DNA of 64,000 nucleotides. Origin: Tubiluchus corallicola (lineage: Eukaryota; Animalia; Priapulida). The first letter of the stretch is position 1; the number at the start of each line of letters is the position of its first letter. The translations under genes were made by a program, and so were the position numbers. Location of the stretch: contig JAQGDQ010001015.1 in the NCBI GenBank assembly GCA_030141605.1, positions 1-64,000 on the forward strand, read 5' to 3'. Under the pieces are notes generated by a model. That model saw only the letters and a list, made by a program, of their open reading frames with translations, searched no databases and was not told the DNA's origin. This document shows positions 14,440 through 27,359 of the stretch, piece by piece.

Positions 14440-15770
14440 CAAAGAGTTGAATAGCGAAGATATAAAGCGAAGATACAATGGCGACCATAGTAGCACCACC
14501 ACCACCACCACCGCCACTAGCGATGCCACCACCAACACCCCTGGCAACATCATCAACAACAACAACAACAACAACAACAACAGCAGCAGCAACAGCAGCA
14601 ACAATGCTACGGTGAGAACGGCAAACAAGAATTGGAGAGAAAAGATTGAAAATACAACTGGCTAAAGAAGAAGATGAGGGCATAGCCGACATGTTTGCTC
14701 CACCCCCTTTGCCCCCGCCTGTGGTTTCCTTCATTCTGGCATCTGCTCCTAAAAAGTTGAAAAAATTTTCCAGTACCTAAAAGTCACATGTTTTTTTCTC
14801 TTGCAGGATTTCCAAATTTCGCCTGCTCCGCCCAAACTGCAACAACATCAACAACAACATCCACGACTGTAGGAACCTGCACACAGAGGCAAACGTATCC
14901 ATCCGTACAAGATTGGTGGCAACAGCAACAGCGGCAATAGAGTGCCACAGAAATAAGCCTTTGAGAAAGTCAAGTCGTTGCTCTTCGAAAACAATCAGAA
15001 GAATATCGTCATAGTCTGCGAACCGATTGCCACAGATGAATGAATCGGACATTGCTCCAACCATTGATGCCTTCCAGCACGTGGAAGAAGAATACCAAGT
15101 CAAAAATTTTATAATTCACGAAATACAAACTGGCATATATCACAGTTACAGCTTCAAACCGCCTCACCCATGGCATCGACATCCCCACTACAAGCGATTC
15201 ACTTACAACTATCAGAGTAAACACATACGCGGCGCCTGGTGGGAGGAGGGAATGTTGGACTATTCAGAGTTAGACGGCATTCTACGACAAACTAGCAGAA
15301 ACACTATCGTCTATGTCAAGGGACTCGAGATGTACAGATTCGTCAAAAAACATCTACCAAAAAATCGCGTAGTAATATGCTCAGAGGATCTACAAAATTA
15401 ATGACCACCATAGGCCATACGATGGCAGAGCAACGGACGAGGCAGAGCAATCCGGGCAGCCAAAACCATGGCCAACTATCTACTAATTGTACGAATAGAG
15501 CAGTAAACATCATCGGCAGGGCTTGGTTCGTGTAGCGTTTCGATTTGAAGCCGATACAAACCAGATTGGGCGGAAAATGCTACACTCGGAGACCGCAAAA
15601 GCAAATGCTTCTGATGAAACGAGGGGGGTGACATGTGGATGATTTTCACCCTCGTATCAACAGTGATTAACGGTTTTTTGCAGAACCGAAAGCTTGAAAA
15701 TGCCATCCTCGAACTCTCCAAATGTCATTTTTCTTACTGTGTCTGCGTTATAAATATAGCCTGTATCCTA
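14440..15770 (+). mobile_element. Decayed Polinton/Maverick-like (endogenous viral) fragment
   Basis: GC-richer island with Thr/Pro/Asn low-complexity coding like that at 52860-53310, a candidate acceptor at 14807, the ORF below, and a convergent small ORF remnant behind a TATA-like motif near 15750. Confidence 0.5.
15027..15401 (+). pseudogene. Truncated uncharacterised Polinton-associated protein, possibly DEDD/RNase H-like fold
   Basis: Motif order IDAF..YQVKNF..HSYSFKPPHPW..YNYQSKHIRGAWWEEG.LDYSEL..VYVKGLE resembles, from memory, the FKPP.W / HGL.W..G / YVKG.EK family found in Polinton-like elements of invertebrate genomes. The ORF ends early. Confidence 0.55.
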
Positions 15771-16169
15771 GAGGATACATTGGGATTCAATGGTTGCAAA
15801 ATATTATAAAAAACAAAGACTATATTATTTGGACATTTGAAGTTTAATGAAAATCTGGAGTTTAGACCATATTTCACAACTATTTTTTATCTATTAAATA
15901 GTAATAAAACTGTATTTTTTACAAAACTGCGAGTTATATAACAATTGAACTTGGAAGGTGAAGAAACAATTGCCGTTCTGCTTTAAACACAAAAACACTT
16001 TTTGCACTTTATGCATTTTGTTTAGCTGTGTTTGCTAAAAAGCTTATTCTTTGATTCTTTGTTTATCAATTGGGAAAGTGTCCAAAACTGTCATTTCTGT
16101 CTATTTTAGTACATGGTGTTTGAATATTGTAGTTATTAGGTTCAAGATTTCTGCGTCTGACTCTTAAGT

Positions 16170-16750
16170 AGATGGTGGGTGGCCTTATTTATGGCTTGCT
16201 TCAGTTTTTTCTCTTTTGAAGTTAAAGAAGCAAAAAAAACCGCTAAAGAAAATTATGGGAGACCCATTTGTGCTTTTTGGGAGTATATGATGTGCACAAA
16301 TTAGACAAGCCTGAAAAACCAGATTTGCAAATAGAAATAGATTGGCAGAAATTGAAGTCATGTGGATAGAAGTCCGGTTTCCAAGATCAGCACCATTTTT
16401 AGTTGGATTTATATAACGTCCACCTAGTTCAAATGTTAACTAATTTAATAGATTTGAGGAGATTATGGAGTGAATTTATGCGGAGGGCAATGACGTGTTC
16501 TTTATGGGAGATGTGAACACAGATATAAGTCCTTGAAAGGAAGCTAATGACTGCAGATTGTGGTCTGCAATTTAGGAATCTTTCAGTTTAATATTCAAGC
16601 AAGTAGTTTATGCTCCAACGAGAGTAGCCAGTGCACGTTCACTCTAATTTATACGAATGCTGAGTCAACCATCATATCAGCTTCTGTACCTGTAATTGCT
16701 ACTACAGATCATGACCCGATAACTGCCATCAGAAAATTGAATAGAAGTTA
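16170..16750 (+). mobile_element. LINE apurinic endonuclease (APE) domain remnant
   Basis: Broken translation IEVMWIEVRFPRSAPFLVGFI*RPPSS...VFFMGDVNTD...TTDHDPI corresponds to the YRPP, GDFN and SDH motifs. Confidence 0.75.
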
Positions 16751-16781
16751 AAAAAATAGTGTATTTTCAGAGAATTATATC

Positions 16782-16810
16782 TTAACCCTTTCACAGGCAT
16801 TTTTTCCTGG
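16782..16810 (+). mobile_element. Possible piggyBac-type terminus (TTAA + CCCTTT)
   Basis: cTTAAccctttcacagg lies just after the LINE fragment. No matching opposite end found. Confidence 0.25.
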
Positions 16811-17349
16811 TGGTTAATTCACACAGGAATCTTAAAATGTTGACATAATTACTTAGCGGCGTCATCGGATAATATAAAAAAAGATATCTCACAGTTTCTA
16901 TTTGTGTTTTTGCAATTCACTACTGTAATGAGCGTCCTCGATGGGCCTGGTTTTGGTGAAGCTATCTCTTCTGCTACACACCCGTGCGCGAACAGCTGCT
17001 TGGGTAGTAGCTAACCTGTCAACAATAGTCCCTAATGCTCTGCAGCTAGGGCGATGCTAACTTTACTAGCTGCTGTGCAATATGTCTCGATACTTTCTGT
17101 GTTCCCTAGTAGAAAACTTTTGCGCCCAAAATTTTTGCATGCTAGAAATTTGCTATCAAAAATGTTCCCAAATAATCTTGAAGAATTTTTTAATAAAAAT
17201 CTTTTAGCAAAGTTTTTTCACTCTTTAAGTTTTTGTTCTGTCTTCTACTGCAAGTCATACATCCTACTCTCATTATTTTTTTGCCGGGAAGAGTTTGCAA
17301 AACCTTGTTTAGCTACAACAAATTGTTACAAAACAAAAATAAGACTGTT

Positions 17350-17913
17350 CTGCTGCTGCGAAGTAATCAGCAGATTCTCGTCAGGTAGAACGCTGCATAA
17401 ATAAAAATAAGTTCTGTTAGCTTATTATCTTCTGAGAAGCAGCAAACAAACTATATGAAATGTCCGCGCATTATTGATCGTTGCTAAACAGACTAAAAGC
17501 ATTTATTGTAGCACACAGTTTCGACTTTGTGGAAAATGTTTGGAATGGTTTTGTTTTGATGTTGTGCTGTAAGTGCTGGTGCAATAGCAGTCGTCATCGT
17601 TGCCACCATCATTATCATCATCAACAACATAATCACCATGCGATGTTGTGTGAGTTGTGCAGTGTGGTGGTGGTGGTGGTGGTGTGCTATGGATGGTGTG
17701 ATGAGGTGGAAGGGTGTGTGGGATGTGTTGGTGGAATGGAGTGGGTGGTTTGATGGGCGTGGTTTAGTGTGGTCTGGATGGTGTTGTGTGGTATTGATGA
17801 TGTGGTGTGTGTGGTGCTGGTGGAGTGGTGTGGTGTGGGTTGTGTGATTGTGTCTTGAATTATGTGCTATATTCTTTTTGCGGGGTTTCGCTAGTCTATG
17901 TATTAATTTTGGT

Positions 17914-17956
<43 letters not shown>

Positions 17957-18900
17957 GGCGAGGCCACAGCTCCAATGACAGTACCATTCTCGACGTTCTA
18001 TACATCAAACTAAAGGTCCTGACCAACAGATCTACAATTGGGGTTTTATTTTTTGACTCTGTCCCACCGTGAGAAGCGGGGGGCGAAAAACCTCCAAAAT
18101 TGCCATTTTTCGGCCGTTTTTTTTCAAAACTTATGCCTCTTATTGGTAGAGAACAGGAACAGTGCCAGTAATGGTTTAATAGTGCGTTCAACGGTGGGTG
18201 ACATTGTCAAAGAATTCGGGGGAGTGCCTCGGTGCCCCGTGACGGGCGTTTTTTCGGATCCCAAAACGCAAAGTTTGCAGAAAACTGCTCAAACAGTGTC
18301 TAGAAAAATTCAATTTGTGCAAGTTGGGCATGTTGGGAAAAAAAGCGCCCCCACAGAAAGAAGACTAAACGGTCTACAAAATGTTGAAGGTTTTGTTGAG
18401 AGAGATGTATACTGAACGAAACGTGAGGGGTGTATTTCGAAGTAATTTTTTTACCCTCTGTGCTGCACGCTATTTGGAACATCCATTGTCTTTGAGTCTG
18501 TGAAATTTCGCGGCTGTTCCAGGCATTGTTGTCACCCGTCGTTCTACAGTGTCATAGATATACATGTAAGTAAGATCTGTTAGCCTATTATCATCTGGGA
18601 AGCAGACTAAGAGCATTTATTATAACACACAGTTTTGACTTTGTGGAAAATATTTGAAATGGTTTTGTTGTGATGCTGTGCTGTTGTTGCTGCTGTACGT
18701 GTCGTCATTGTTGCCGCCGTCATCATCATCATTGCCTTCAGCATCATGATCATCATGTAATGTGGTGGGTGTTGTGTGGTGTGGTGGGTGTGGTGTAGTG
18801 TGGTCTGAGTGGTGTGGTGTTTGTGATGTGGTGTAAATAATCTGGTGGGGGTGATAGGGGTTTTGTGTAGTGTGGTGGGATTTGTTTGTTGCAGGTGGTG
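17350..18900 (-). repeat. Family X, copies 3 and 4 in tandem, separated by (TA)n at about 17915-17952
   Basis: agactaa.agcatttatt.ta.cacacagttt.gactttgtggaaaat at 17490 and 18604. TGG-rich tracts at 17640-17850 and 18760-18900. Minus strand reads KVETVCYNKCF and TQRQWMFQIAC. Confidence 0.7.
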
Positions 18901-18989
18901 TCAATGATATCACATAAAAACAATGATGATGAGAATACATTTTTTAGGCTGCTTGTTCAAATTAAAGTTATGTGCCATCCTCTTTCTCT

Positions 18990-20140
18990 TTCCTTTTTTT
19001 AATACTGTCGTATATAAAGTTTGTTACTAGGGTTCTCATCTCTTAGGCCATTAATACAAATTAACTGTTCACTTACAGGCATAACTGCAAAAAGAGGCAA
19101 TATTTTTAAAATATTTTCATAAACAACGTTTCCCTTCTTTGAAGAGCCTATAAGTTCGAAGTTTGTTACCCTGTCATCATGGTTGTCTCTATAAATCCTT
19201 CTTATTAATGCAATAAAACAATCTGCGAGCACTTAATGTACCTTCATTAATCCAAGTTTGCTCAAACCCAAGTTTGTACAAAATATTCCTAATGAACGAG
19301 ACCCAGTTATACACGTTTTCGTAATCTTTTTGTTTACCGTTTATATATGCATTGTAAATTAGACTACTGCAGGGTCTTTCCAGTATATGTAGCCATCTAA
19401 ATTGGGTAAATCTAGTTGGGTATATACCCATTTCTGCTCGTAATATCTGTTTACAAAATTTTAACTGAACAAATTCACTTTTTAATCTGTCAAAATCTGC
19501 TCCGAGAGTGTCACGAAAAAATGAATTTTCAGTATTAAAGGCAGTGGGGCTCCATGTGTGATAATGGACTCAACAAGGGAGATCAATCAATCGGCACATT
19601 CATATTGTAAGAGTTTCCCTATTGTTCAGCATGAGTATACTGTTCTGATGATGCTCGGAAATCAATGCTAATGTATTTATACATTTATATTTTTGACTTT
19701 TTTCGATTAATTTGGCGTTAAAATAAATGAGTTCGTCCTTTAAGATTTTGCTTGATTTATTAAAGATAATTAATTTAGTTTTGGTTAAGTTAACACTTAG
19801 AGCCCATTTATAAGAAGCGAGTTTGTCTAAACACATACGTAAACCGGTTTCACTATTAGAGACGAGTAAAATATTATTTGCATATAATAAACATTTAAAT
19901 TTCTCATTAGCTAATTTAACAGGGTCGTAATCTAACGTATAGGCACTTGGTAGATCGTTAACAAAACTGGAAAATAAAACTGGACGAAGTACCCAACCTT
20001 GTTTTAAACCAAAGTTAGATGAGAAACCTTCTTTAATTCCTTCAGGCAGCTTGACTGCATGATTACACTTAGAAAACATATTTCTAAGTATAGTCAAAAA
20101 TTTGCCACTAACGCCATGAATTAAGCATGTCAATCTTTAT
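18990..20140 (-). mobile_element. Decayed LINE reverse transcriptase and C-terminal region (RTEX-like)
   Basis: HGVSGKFL..GLKQGWVLRPVLFSSFVNDL..LLYANNILLVSNSETGL..W.LSVNLTKTK with YADD decayed to YANN. Downstream RAEMGIYP. Several frameshifts. Confidence 0.85.
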
Positions 20141-20589
20141 AAAATGTTTGATTTAAAATTACTAGTCGCAGTAATTGTAGTACAGTTCTAACTGCATGTC
20201 CAAGTGTAAGTAAGTATTTTCATCAATGACATACAACAATGGCTACTAGTCTAACACTTTGTGTTTAGGATAAAGTTTGTACAGCATTTTTGCGATTTGT
20301 CAGCTACTTCGTCTGCTATACAGGTTCTGTCAAACAATAACTTAACTAACATTTCTATAGGTTTTCCAGGTTTATAAGCAGGCGCACACTTTGTATACAA
20401 AGTAAGTATAAGGAAAGTAACAATTTAGCATCTTAATAAGGAAAGAGGAAGGAGAAAATATACAGCCTTTCTTTTTGGGCGCTTAGATGTGTCTGATTTT
20501 ACAGGAAGATTTGATTAGGGCGCATCTTCGATTTCAATAGAAACAATAGAAGCAAAGGGAAAAGATACCATCGGAAGTAAGTGAAGCAC

Positions 20590-21830
20590 TTTCTTCATAG
20601 TAATTCGTTTTATGGGATGTTGGTGTAGTGTGGTGTGGGTGCTGTGGTGTGGTGTGGCTGGTGTATAGTGAGTGGTGTGGAGGGTTGGTGTGGTTGTTGT
20701 ATTGTGAGTGATGTGGCAGGTTGGTGTAGTGTGATGGGGGTGGTGTGATGTGGTGTGGATGGTGTGGTGTGGTGGGTGTGGTGTGTTGTGTGGCTGGTGT
20801 GGTGTTGTGGTAAGGTATGGGTGGTCTAGTGTTCAACGACGGGTATAATAGTCATATTTAGATTTCGCGGGAGGGACAACAATACCCACTACTCATTTTG
20901 CGGGACGCCCAAACAGGGAGAAAATAAGCACATAAACAGAAAGAGGACGAAACGGTCTACAAAGTACTGGTGGTTTCCCTAGGAGAGATGTATATTGGAC
21001 GAAGCGGAAGGCGTGTACTTCGAAGTTCTTTTTCTACCCTCTGTGCTGCACGCTATTTGGAACATCCATTGTCTTTTACTTTGAGAAATTTCGCGGCTGT
21101 TCCAGGCATTGTTGTCACCCGTCGTTCTACAGTGTCATAGATATACATGTAAGATCTGTTAGCCTATTATCATCTGGGAAGCAGGACACAAAACTATGTG
21201 GAATGTCCACACATTATTGATTATTGGTAAACAGACTAAGAGCATTTATTATAACACACAGTTTTGACTTTGAGGAAAATATTTGGAATGGTTTTCTTGT
21301 CATGCTGTGCTGTTGGTGCTTTAGGTGTCGTCATTGTTGCCGCCATCATCATCATCATCGCCTTCAACATCATGATCACCATGTGATGTGGTGGGTGTTG
21401 TGTGGTGTGGTGGTGGTGGTGGTGGTGGTGGTGTGCTGTGGGTGTTGTGCTGTGGATGGCATGGTGGGGTGGTAAGGTGTGCATGAAGTTTGTTGGAGTA
21501 GTGTCGTGGGTGTGGTGTAGTATGGTCTGAGTGGTGTGGTGTGGGTGGTATGCTGTGAGTGGAGCAGTGTATTGGAGCGGTGTGGGTGGTGTGGTGTGAG
21601 TGGGGTGGTGGATGGATGTGTGGTGTGGTGTGGGTGGTATGCTGTGAGTGGTGCAGTGCGTTGGAGTTGTGTGGGTGGTGTGGTGTGAGTGGGGTGGTGT
21701 GTGGATGTGTGGTGTGGTGTGGGTGGTGTGGTGAGTGGGGTATGTTGTGTGGTGCAGTGCGCTAATGTAAAGGTGGTATGGTGTGGGTGGTGTGGCGTAT
21801 TGAGATTGGTGATTCAAGTTGGCGTGGTGT
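20590..21830 (-). repeat. Family X, copy 5, with long TGG/TGTGG low-complexity tracts
   Basis: 20950-21400 closely matches 18365-18780. GT-rich tracts at 20610-20830 and 21380-21830. Confidence 0.75.
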
Positions 21831-21901
21831 TGTCTGGGTTATTGTTGTTAGTTTTTCGGAGATATATATATCCCCCAGGTGATAGTGAATTAAAGTTATA
21901 T

Positions 21902-21934
<33 letters not shown>

Positions 21935-23863
21935 CGGATGAGGCTACAGCACAAAATATTTCGCGGGTCCTTTGCTTTTGAAGTACTGTGCTGACACACA
22001 GATGATGCCTTACAAGAAAGGAAGATTTTAATCCCTCGCAATTCTGTCTAGAACTTAATATTGACTGACAATGATAACGTCATTTTTTTAGTGGTTCAGC
22101 AAGTTTCAAAATAAACTTAGCAGCGTGAGAACTACTGGGAAATGACCAGCCTTGAAATGCTCACCAAAATAAACACTGATGTTCCAATTAATGCAATAAC
22201 AATTTTGCAACTTTCTAATTATTGAGTGAACTTTTGTGTTTTTTAAAATAATCTTTTCTCACAACAACGGTTTTTTCATTACTCTTGACCTTGTCGCTGC
22301 AGCTCTGCTGTACTCTCGTTGTTGTTGTTGTTGCTGTTGTTGCTGCTGCTCCTGCTGCTGATAGTGGTAATGATGTTGATAATTAAGATGATGTCGCTCA
22401 ACCTCCACCACCACCAAAATTGTTCTTGTTTATAACGACTCAATGCTTTTATAGTAATACTCTACATATCTTTTTAAACTGTAGACAAACCAAAACTAGG
22501 AGAATTCTAACCAACAGCTAAATCTTTTCTCATGGAATCTTGAGTAATCAGTTCTTAATTTAATCCGGGAAAATGCAGCTGTCTGGCAGCTCTGTTTATT
22601 TTAGTATTCAATGTCGGCTTTAAGATGTTTGCAGACAACTATAATCACAGCAGCTTATTATAAAATTTCATGCATCTCTTTGTTAGGCGGCTACAAAGCA
22701 ATCAGAATTATTTCTCAGACTTAAATTATTAGAAATTAGAATCACTTATTTTAGAAACTCTTATATCTAGGACGTGAGCTTTGTCTGTAGCTCGCGGTTC
22801 AAATACTTTATAAGCGCTTAAACAAACTGGAAAAGTTCTTAAGAAACAAGACAAACAAAGTGACGTCAAAGAAATAAAGAAATTCTATAGAAAGACACAA
22901 CGTGGCACAATTGACATGAAATGGCCAAGACGCCAATGATCTATTGTCACCAGCCGTCCATTCACCTAAAAGCATTTTGTGGAGGGACCGAAAACTAAAC
23001 AATACTGTAAACATGTTACGTAGCTCGGCATCTCCTATACAGGAGAAACTCTTGACAGCCTTTACTCATCAAGTTTCTTTATTTCTATAATTGTGTTAAT
23101 TTTAATAGTTTTGTTGCACTTTAATCAGTTTGCCTAATGCAGCGCTTTGTTGTTTAAATCTTAATAGAAACAATCAGTTGTTGTTCATAAAGTAAATGTT
23201 ACCTAGGAGTTTCATCAGAAATTTGAACAATGGCGCTGTATAAACGCACTCTCTGAAAGATTAAATTTCTTGTGAAATTAATCTGATCTGTAAATATTCT
23301 ACACCCAAAGTAAAATTTTAATCATCAGCAACCCCGCTAGGAATTTAACAATAAGTGAAATCTCGAGAAGTATTTACCCGAGAAGCGAGTCACGCAAAGC
23401 AAACAAAGGCTTTAATCTTCAACAATTGAAATTTTGTCAAGTATTAAGCTGAGATGCAGTTTATACCGTCACGTCCTCAACACACAAAGGAGAATTTTGA
23501 TCCGTAAAACAAATTGTCTGCGATCAAGCAACAGTTCAATAATCTCTCTTTTCAAATTTATTCAACAGATTTCATAATAATTTTGGCAGCGTGAGAAATT
23601 ATGGGTAACGACCAACCTTGAAACTCCCACGATAAACAGTTTACACAAATACGAGTTGCGATTTTTCAAATGTTTGATATTTTAAAAACATTTTTGGCAC
23701 AGCTATTGTCTCATTGATCATTGCTACTAGTTACTGCTACTAATTATTGCTTTTAACGATTATATTATAATGATGTAACATGCAAAACTGATGTCTGCGC
23801 AAAGAGTATAGATGTCTATAAAGCTGTAATACCATTAAACACATTTTCATAAATGAATTGCAG

Positions 23864-24113
23864 GCGGATTCATGCCTTGCACGATTGGTGAGACTTGGAT
23901 ACTCATTGTGACGGTTTCATTTGCTGTGCTGCTGATCCTGGTTGTTTGCACTGCAAAGAGAGGACGTTTCACACACGAACATGGCTGAGACTCCTCTCGC
24001 AGTTCAGTGACTCATCTTCAGCCTTTGCCTTTGTGAATGTGCCAGCTTCAACTTAGCCCACATCACAAACATCTCAATTTTCCAATATCTTTACTTCGAC
24101 ATATTATTACGAC
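23864..24113 (+). pseudogene. Probable decayed first coding exon of a type II membrane protein
   Basis: Acceptor ttgcag (23863), ATG 23872, MPCTIGETWILIVTVSFAVLLILVVCTAKRGR (short tail, hydrophobic helix, basic residues), TGA at 23986, donor GTGAGT at 24114. Confidence 0.35.
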
Positions 24114-24299
24114 GTGAGTGTGTCATAATTTCAGAAAAGTTGTCTTGAAGTAGTATGTACAATAAAGCTCAAGTTTTAGAAGAAATATCTGACAGTGTAA
24201 ACATTAACGTTCCTTCAAAGTCATTCAACACAAAGAGCTTTGAAAGATGCTGCAATGTTTATTTAAAACAAGTTTTCCTCCTTCGTGCTGAAGATGTGA

Positions 24300-25980
24300 A
24301 AAATGCTGAATTTAACCGTAGATCTTGTGTCAATACATTAGACTGGGAACTAAGATAAAGACGCCTGGGAAAGAGTTAAGTAAATATAGCAGAGTGATTA
24401 CATGGGTCTTGAATTTCAAAAGCCCGCATTCCACACCTGGGAAAGAGGAAAGCTGAACAAATGCAGACAAGACTGTTAACAGTGTACGACATTCCAGGAA
24501 AATTGACGTAAGCTTTTCTACAAAGGAGCGTGAAGTAAAAACATTTCTCATTATTCCATCACTTTCTGGTATAACAGCCTCCCTCTCACATTAGATTTCA
24601 CCTTAACTCACGTTTAATATCACTTACTGTTTATGAGAAACTTTAAACTACGTAACTGATTCGCGATCACTAATCTTGCACAAAGAGATGCAACACAATG
24701 TGGTTTTCTGCATCCCAATTCACTGAGAGCAAAAGTCAGAAATCCAGTTGCTGACCAGTTTCATTTTTGCTTAACCTTGCAAATCAAAGTCTGTGATCAA
24801 TCATACTGTCATACATGCCATTATTTTTTCTCTTTGAAGTAAAGCTTGTAATAATAAAACCACCTGGGAAATACGATGTTTTGATAAGACTAAAAGGATT
24901 ATAAGCACAATAAGTGAGTTTGAGTTTTTAGCTTTGAAAGCATTTTGACGTATTTGCATTGAAAACAAAGAGGGAAAAACCAGATTGTTTTACCATCATA
25001 ATAAAGACTAAGCTGCGTTATAATAATAGGTGTTTAAACAAGACACAGACAATTTTAATTGTTCAAGCACAAGAGCAAACGTGGCTCGACACGAAAAGAG
25101 TAAACCTGTAAAGTGATTTGTTTGCTGAAGACAGAAATTGTCCCTCTCTGGCGCCAACTCTGTTATTATTAAAACTCAATGACAACGGATGATTTTTGTC
25201 CGCTCTTTAGTATGAATACTACTGTTTTTACATTGTGTTGTTATAATTAATGGATGCTGCGAATAAATGGTCTCTTAGCCATATTTGAGTATACGATAAA
25301 CGATGTTTTGATAGAAATTATGAGCAATTTAGATCATGGAGAGAACATTTTGTGTGGCAGACACTGTGCCACAAAATCCTGTAGCAAAAATGTGCCCAGA
25401 CAAAGAAATTCTAGTTTTGACTGTAGAACAGATTCGTGCAGAGAAAATAATTATCTCAGAATTAAATGAAAATACAAGAATACTGATGTAGTTTATACCG
25501 CCGCCACCACTCACAATTAAATTTGGCAGTGTATCATGAAAATACACATTTATTTAAGAACCAGGTTCAGTTGTCATTAATTTTCGTGAATTTTCATGAA
25601 TCTGCCAAAATAGTTGTTGGAAATTTTCATTATGCATGCATTTCATGTATTTTTTTGGCATTCATTTTTGGGTACAAACACTGGATGGTGAAAATATTTG
25701 ATCAAACCTGGGGGTCTGCATAGAGCGTGGCAGAAACGAGGTGTTCTCGTGCATGTGCAGGAGCAGTGAGTGTAGTGAAGCGCACATGAATGCTCATGCG
25801 CAGAACTGGCAAACGATTCATGACTCAACAATTTATTACTTTCAAGACTTATACTAACTTTCTGCACAACGCAAAATCAGGCAAAAATTTTAGCGCTAGA
25901 TTAGAAAAATTGAAAAATGCAAACTGGTATGCAGTCGGTACAGCAAGCCTCTACCCCTGGGTCAATTTTAATTAAGAGGA
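24300..25980. repeat. Composite repeat block with modules in mixed orientation
   Basis: 24300-24660 is direct to 33240-33700. 24840-25440 is direct to 8950-9380. 25640-25980 is direct to 8140-8650. Confidence 0.7.
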
Positions 25981-26659
25981 AAGGACACAAAATCTTGTTG
26001 AAAGTACTGATACTTAGCAGGGTTTAAGTACCTTGGCAGGTACTGCTCAGAAAGAATAAGGAAAGTAGGAAATCAGATTTAGTAAATCAGCTGATTCAGT
26101 CTTGATGTGGAATATTTAATCGGTAAACTTGTGGATTATTTTGCATTGGAAAAAAACTGTAAACTGCCAAGAAAGAAATCAGATTAAATTAACGACCAAC
26201 ATGATTAGTTGCTCTGTCACATTATAGAGTAACAATACATCATACAATGAAGATGATAAGGTATAAAACTATGCAACATAGAGTTAGTAAATCGTAATTG
26301 AAATTTTAGTATAAATAAACATCAGACATATGAATATTGAAAAACGAAAAGTATAAATATTTATTGATATTAAAAAGGCTTTTCGTTTATTAAAAAATGA
26401 TTTGTGATTATTCAGAATTGCTTTATTTGTATTCAATGATAAGTGCAAAATGTGTGCTTGCAAAGCATATTCGTCCATTGCTCGGCAGTTACTCCTTATG
26501 CCATTCTAGACTCACCATATTTACTGTATTCTCTCTACCCTTGAAAAACCAGGTAATATGAGAGATGTGCTTTTTTCAGCAGCCACCCAACTATTTAGTT
26601 GTAAGGTCCTATAGTGCCTAACTTTTATCACTAGATATTCTTCACGCCACCTCTCAACT

Positions 26660-27060
26660 TGTTCAACATCGCCCGCAGTTACCCAAAAAGTAACTACCTG
26701 TTAGATTTACCCAAAAGAGTAGAATATCTTCTCTTGGCATAAACCTTCGGGGTTATTCTCGATCTTTTAAGAAACTTTCGAAAATCGTCGTATATTATGA
26801 AGAAATTATTTTCCGTTACTATTCCTGGTGCCTCTTCCTGAGTTTTCTCATGTTTTGATTTCTTTAAGTTAATTTTAAATGTGAGTGCACTCTCGATGCA
26901 TGTTTAACATCATTGATGAAGATAGAATTTAAAATTTCTTTGAAAGTTTTTAGCCAGAAGAACTTTATATATTACAGAAAGCTGCAGTTTTAGGAAGTCT
27001 GCAAATTTGCATTACGTCAGAAGTTTAGCAAATTTTACTCAACCAAGATATTAAATTTTG
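26660..27060 (+). mobile_element. Possible Penelope-like element 3' remnant with a decayed hammerhead core
   Basis: RVEYLLLGINLR resembles the GIY-YIG C-terminal G(L/I)N motif. TTGATGA (26913), a short stem and GAAAG (26942) follow. Confidence 0.3.
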
Positions 27061-27359
27061 GCTATAGTTCAGTGCTATATAATAAATCATGAATAATAAA
27101 TTAGCGTTTTTGATGAAATAGACCTCTTTGAGGCATTTTTGACTGGGAAACAATCCTGAGAATTTTGATGTTTTTGTGAAACCCCGTGAATTTGTAGAAT
27201 TAAAAATACTAAATCTCTGGCAAAAGAGATTACATAATGTTGATAAGTTGTAAAAGTGTTACTATCGTGCAGCACAATTTAGTTAAAATGCCCTTCTCAA
27301 GGCAAAGTTTAGAGTCGCTATTATTTTTAATAGTTCGCATAGTAAACAAAAGTCCTACA

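Noticed and set aside
18270-18345. LRR-like peptide FFPNMPNLHKLNFSRHCLSSF on the minus strand
   Set aside because: Single unit, and the pattern is not kept in the paralogous copy at about 4930-4980.
19646-19665. CTGATGA...GAAA hammerhead-like string
   Set aside because: Antisense within LINE RT coding sequence, with no supporting stems; a chance match.
17493-21817. His/Thr/Pro-rich ORFs (232, 193, 106 and 100 aa) as metal-binding proteins
   Set aside because: They are translations of TGG/TGTGG low-complexity tracts that stay open in several frames for lack of stop codons.
22765-22810. B-box-like GGTTCAAAT suggesting a tRNA
   Set aside because: No clear A box or cloverleaf; at most a very decayed SINE.
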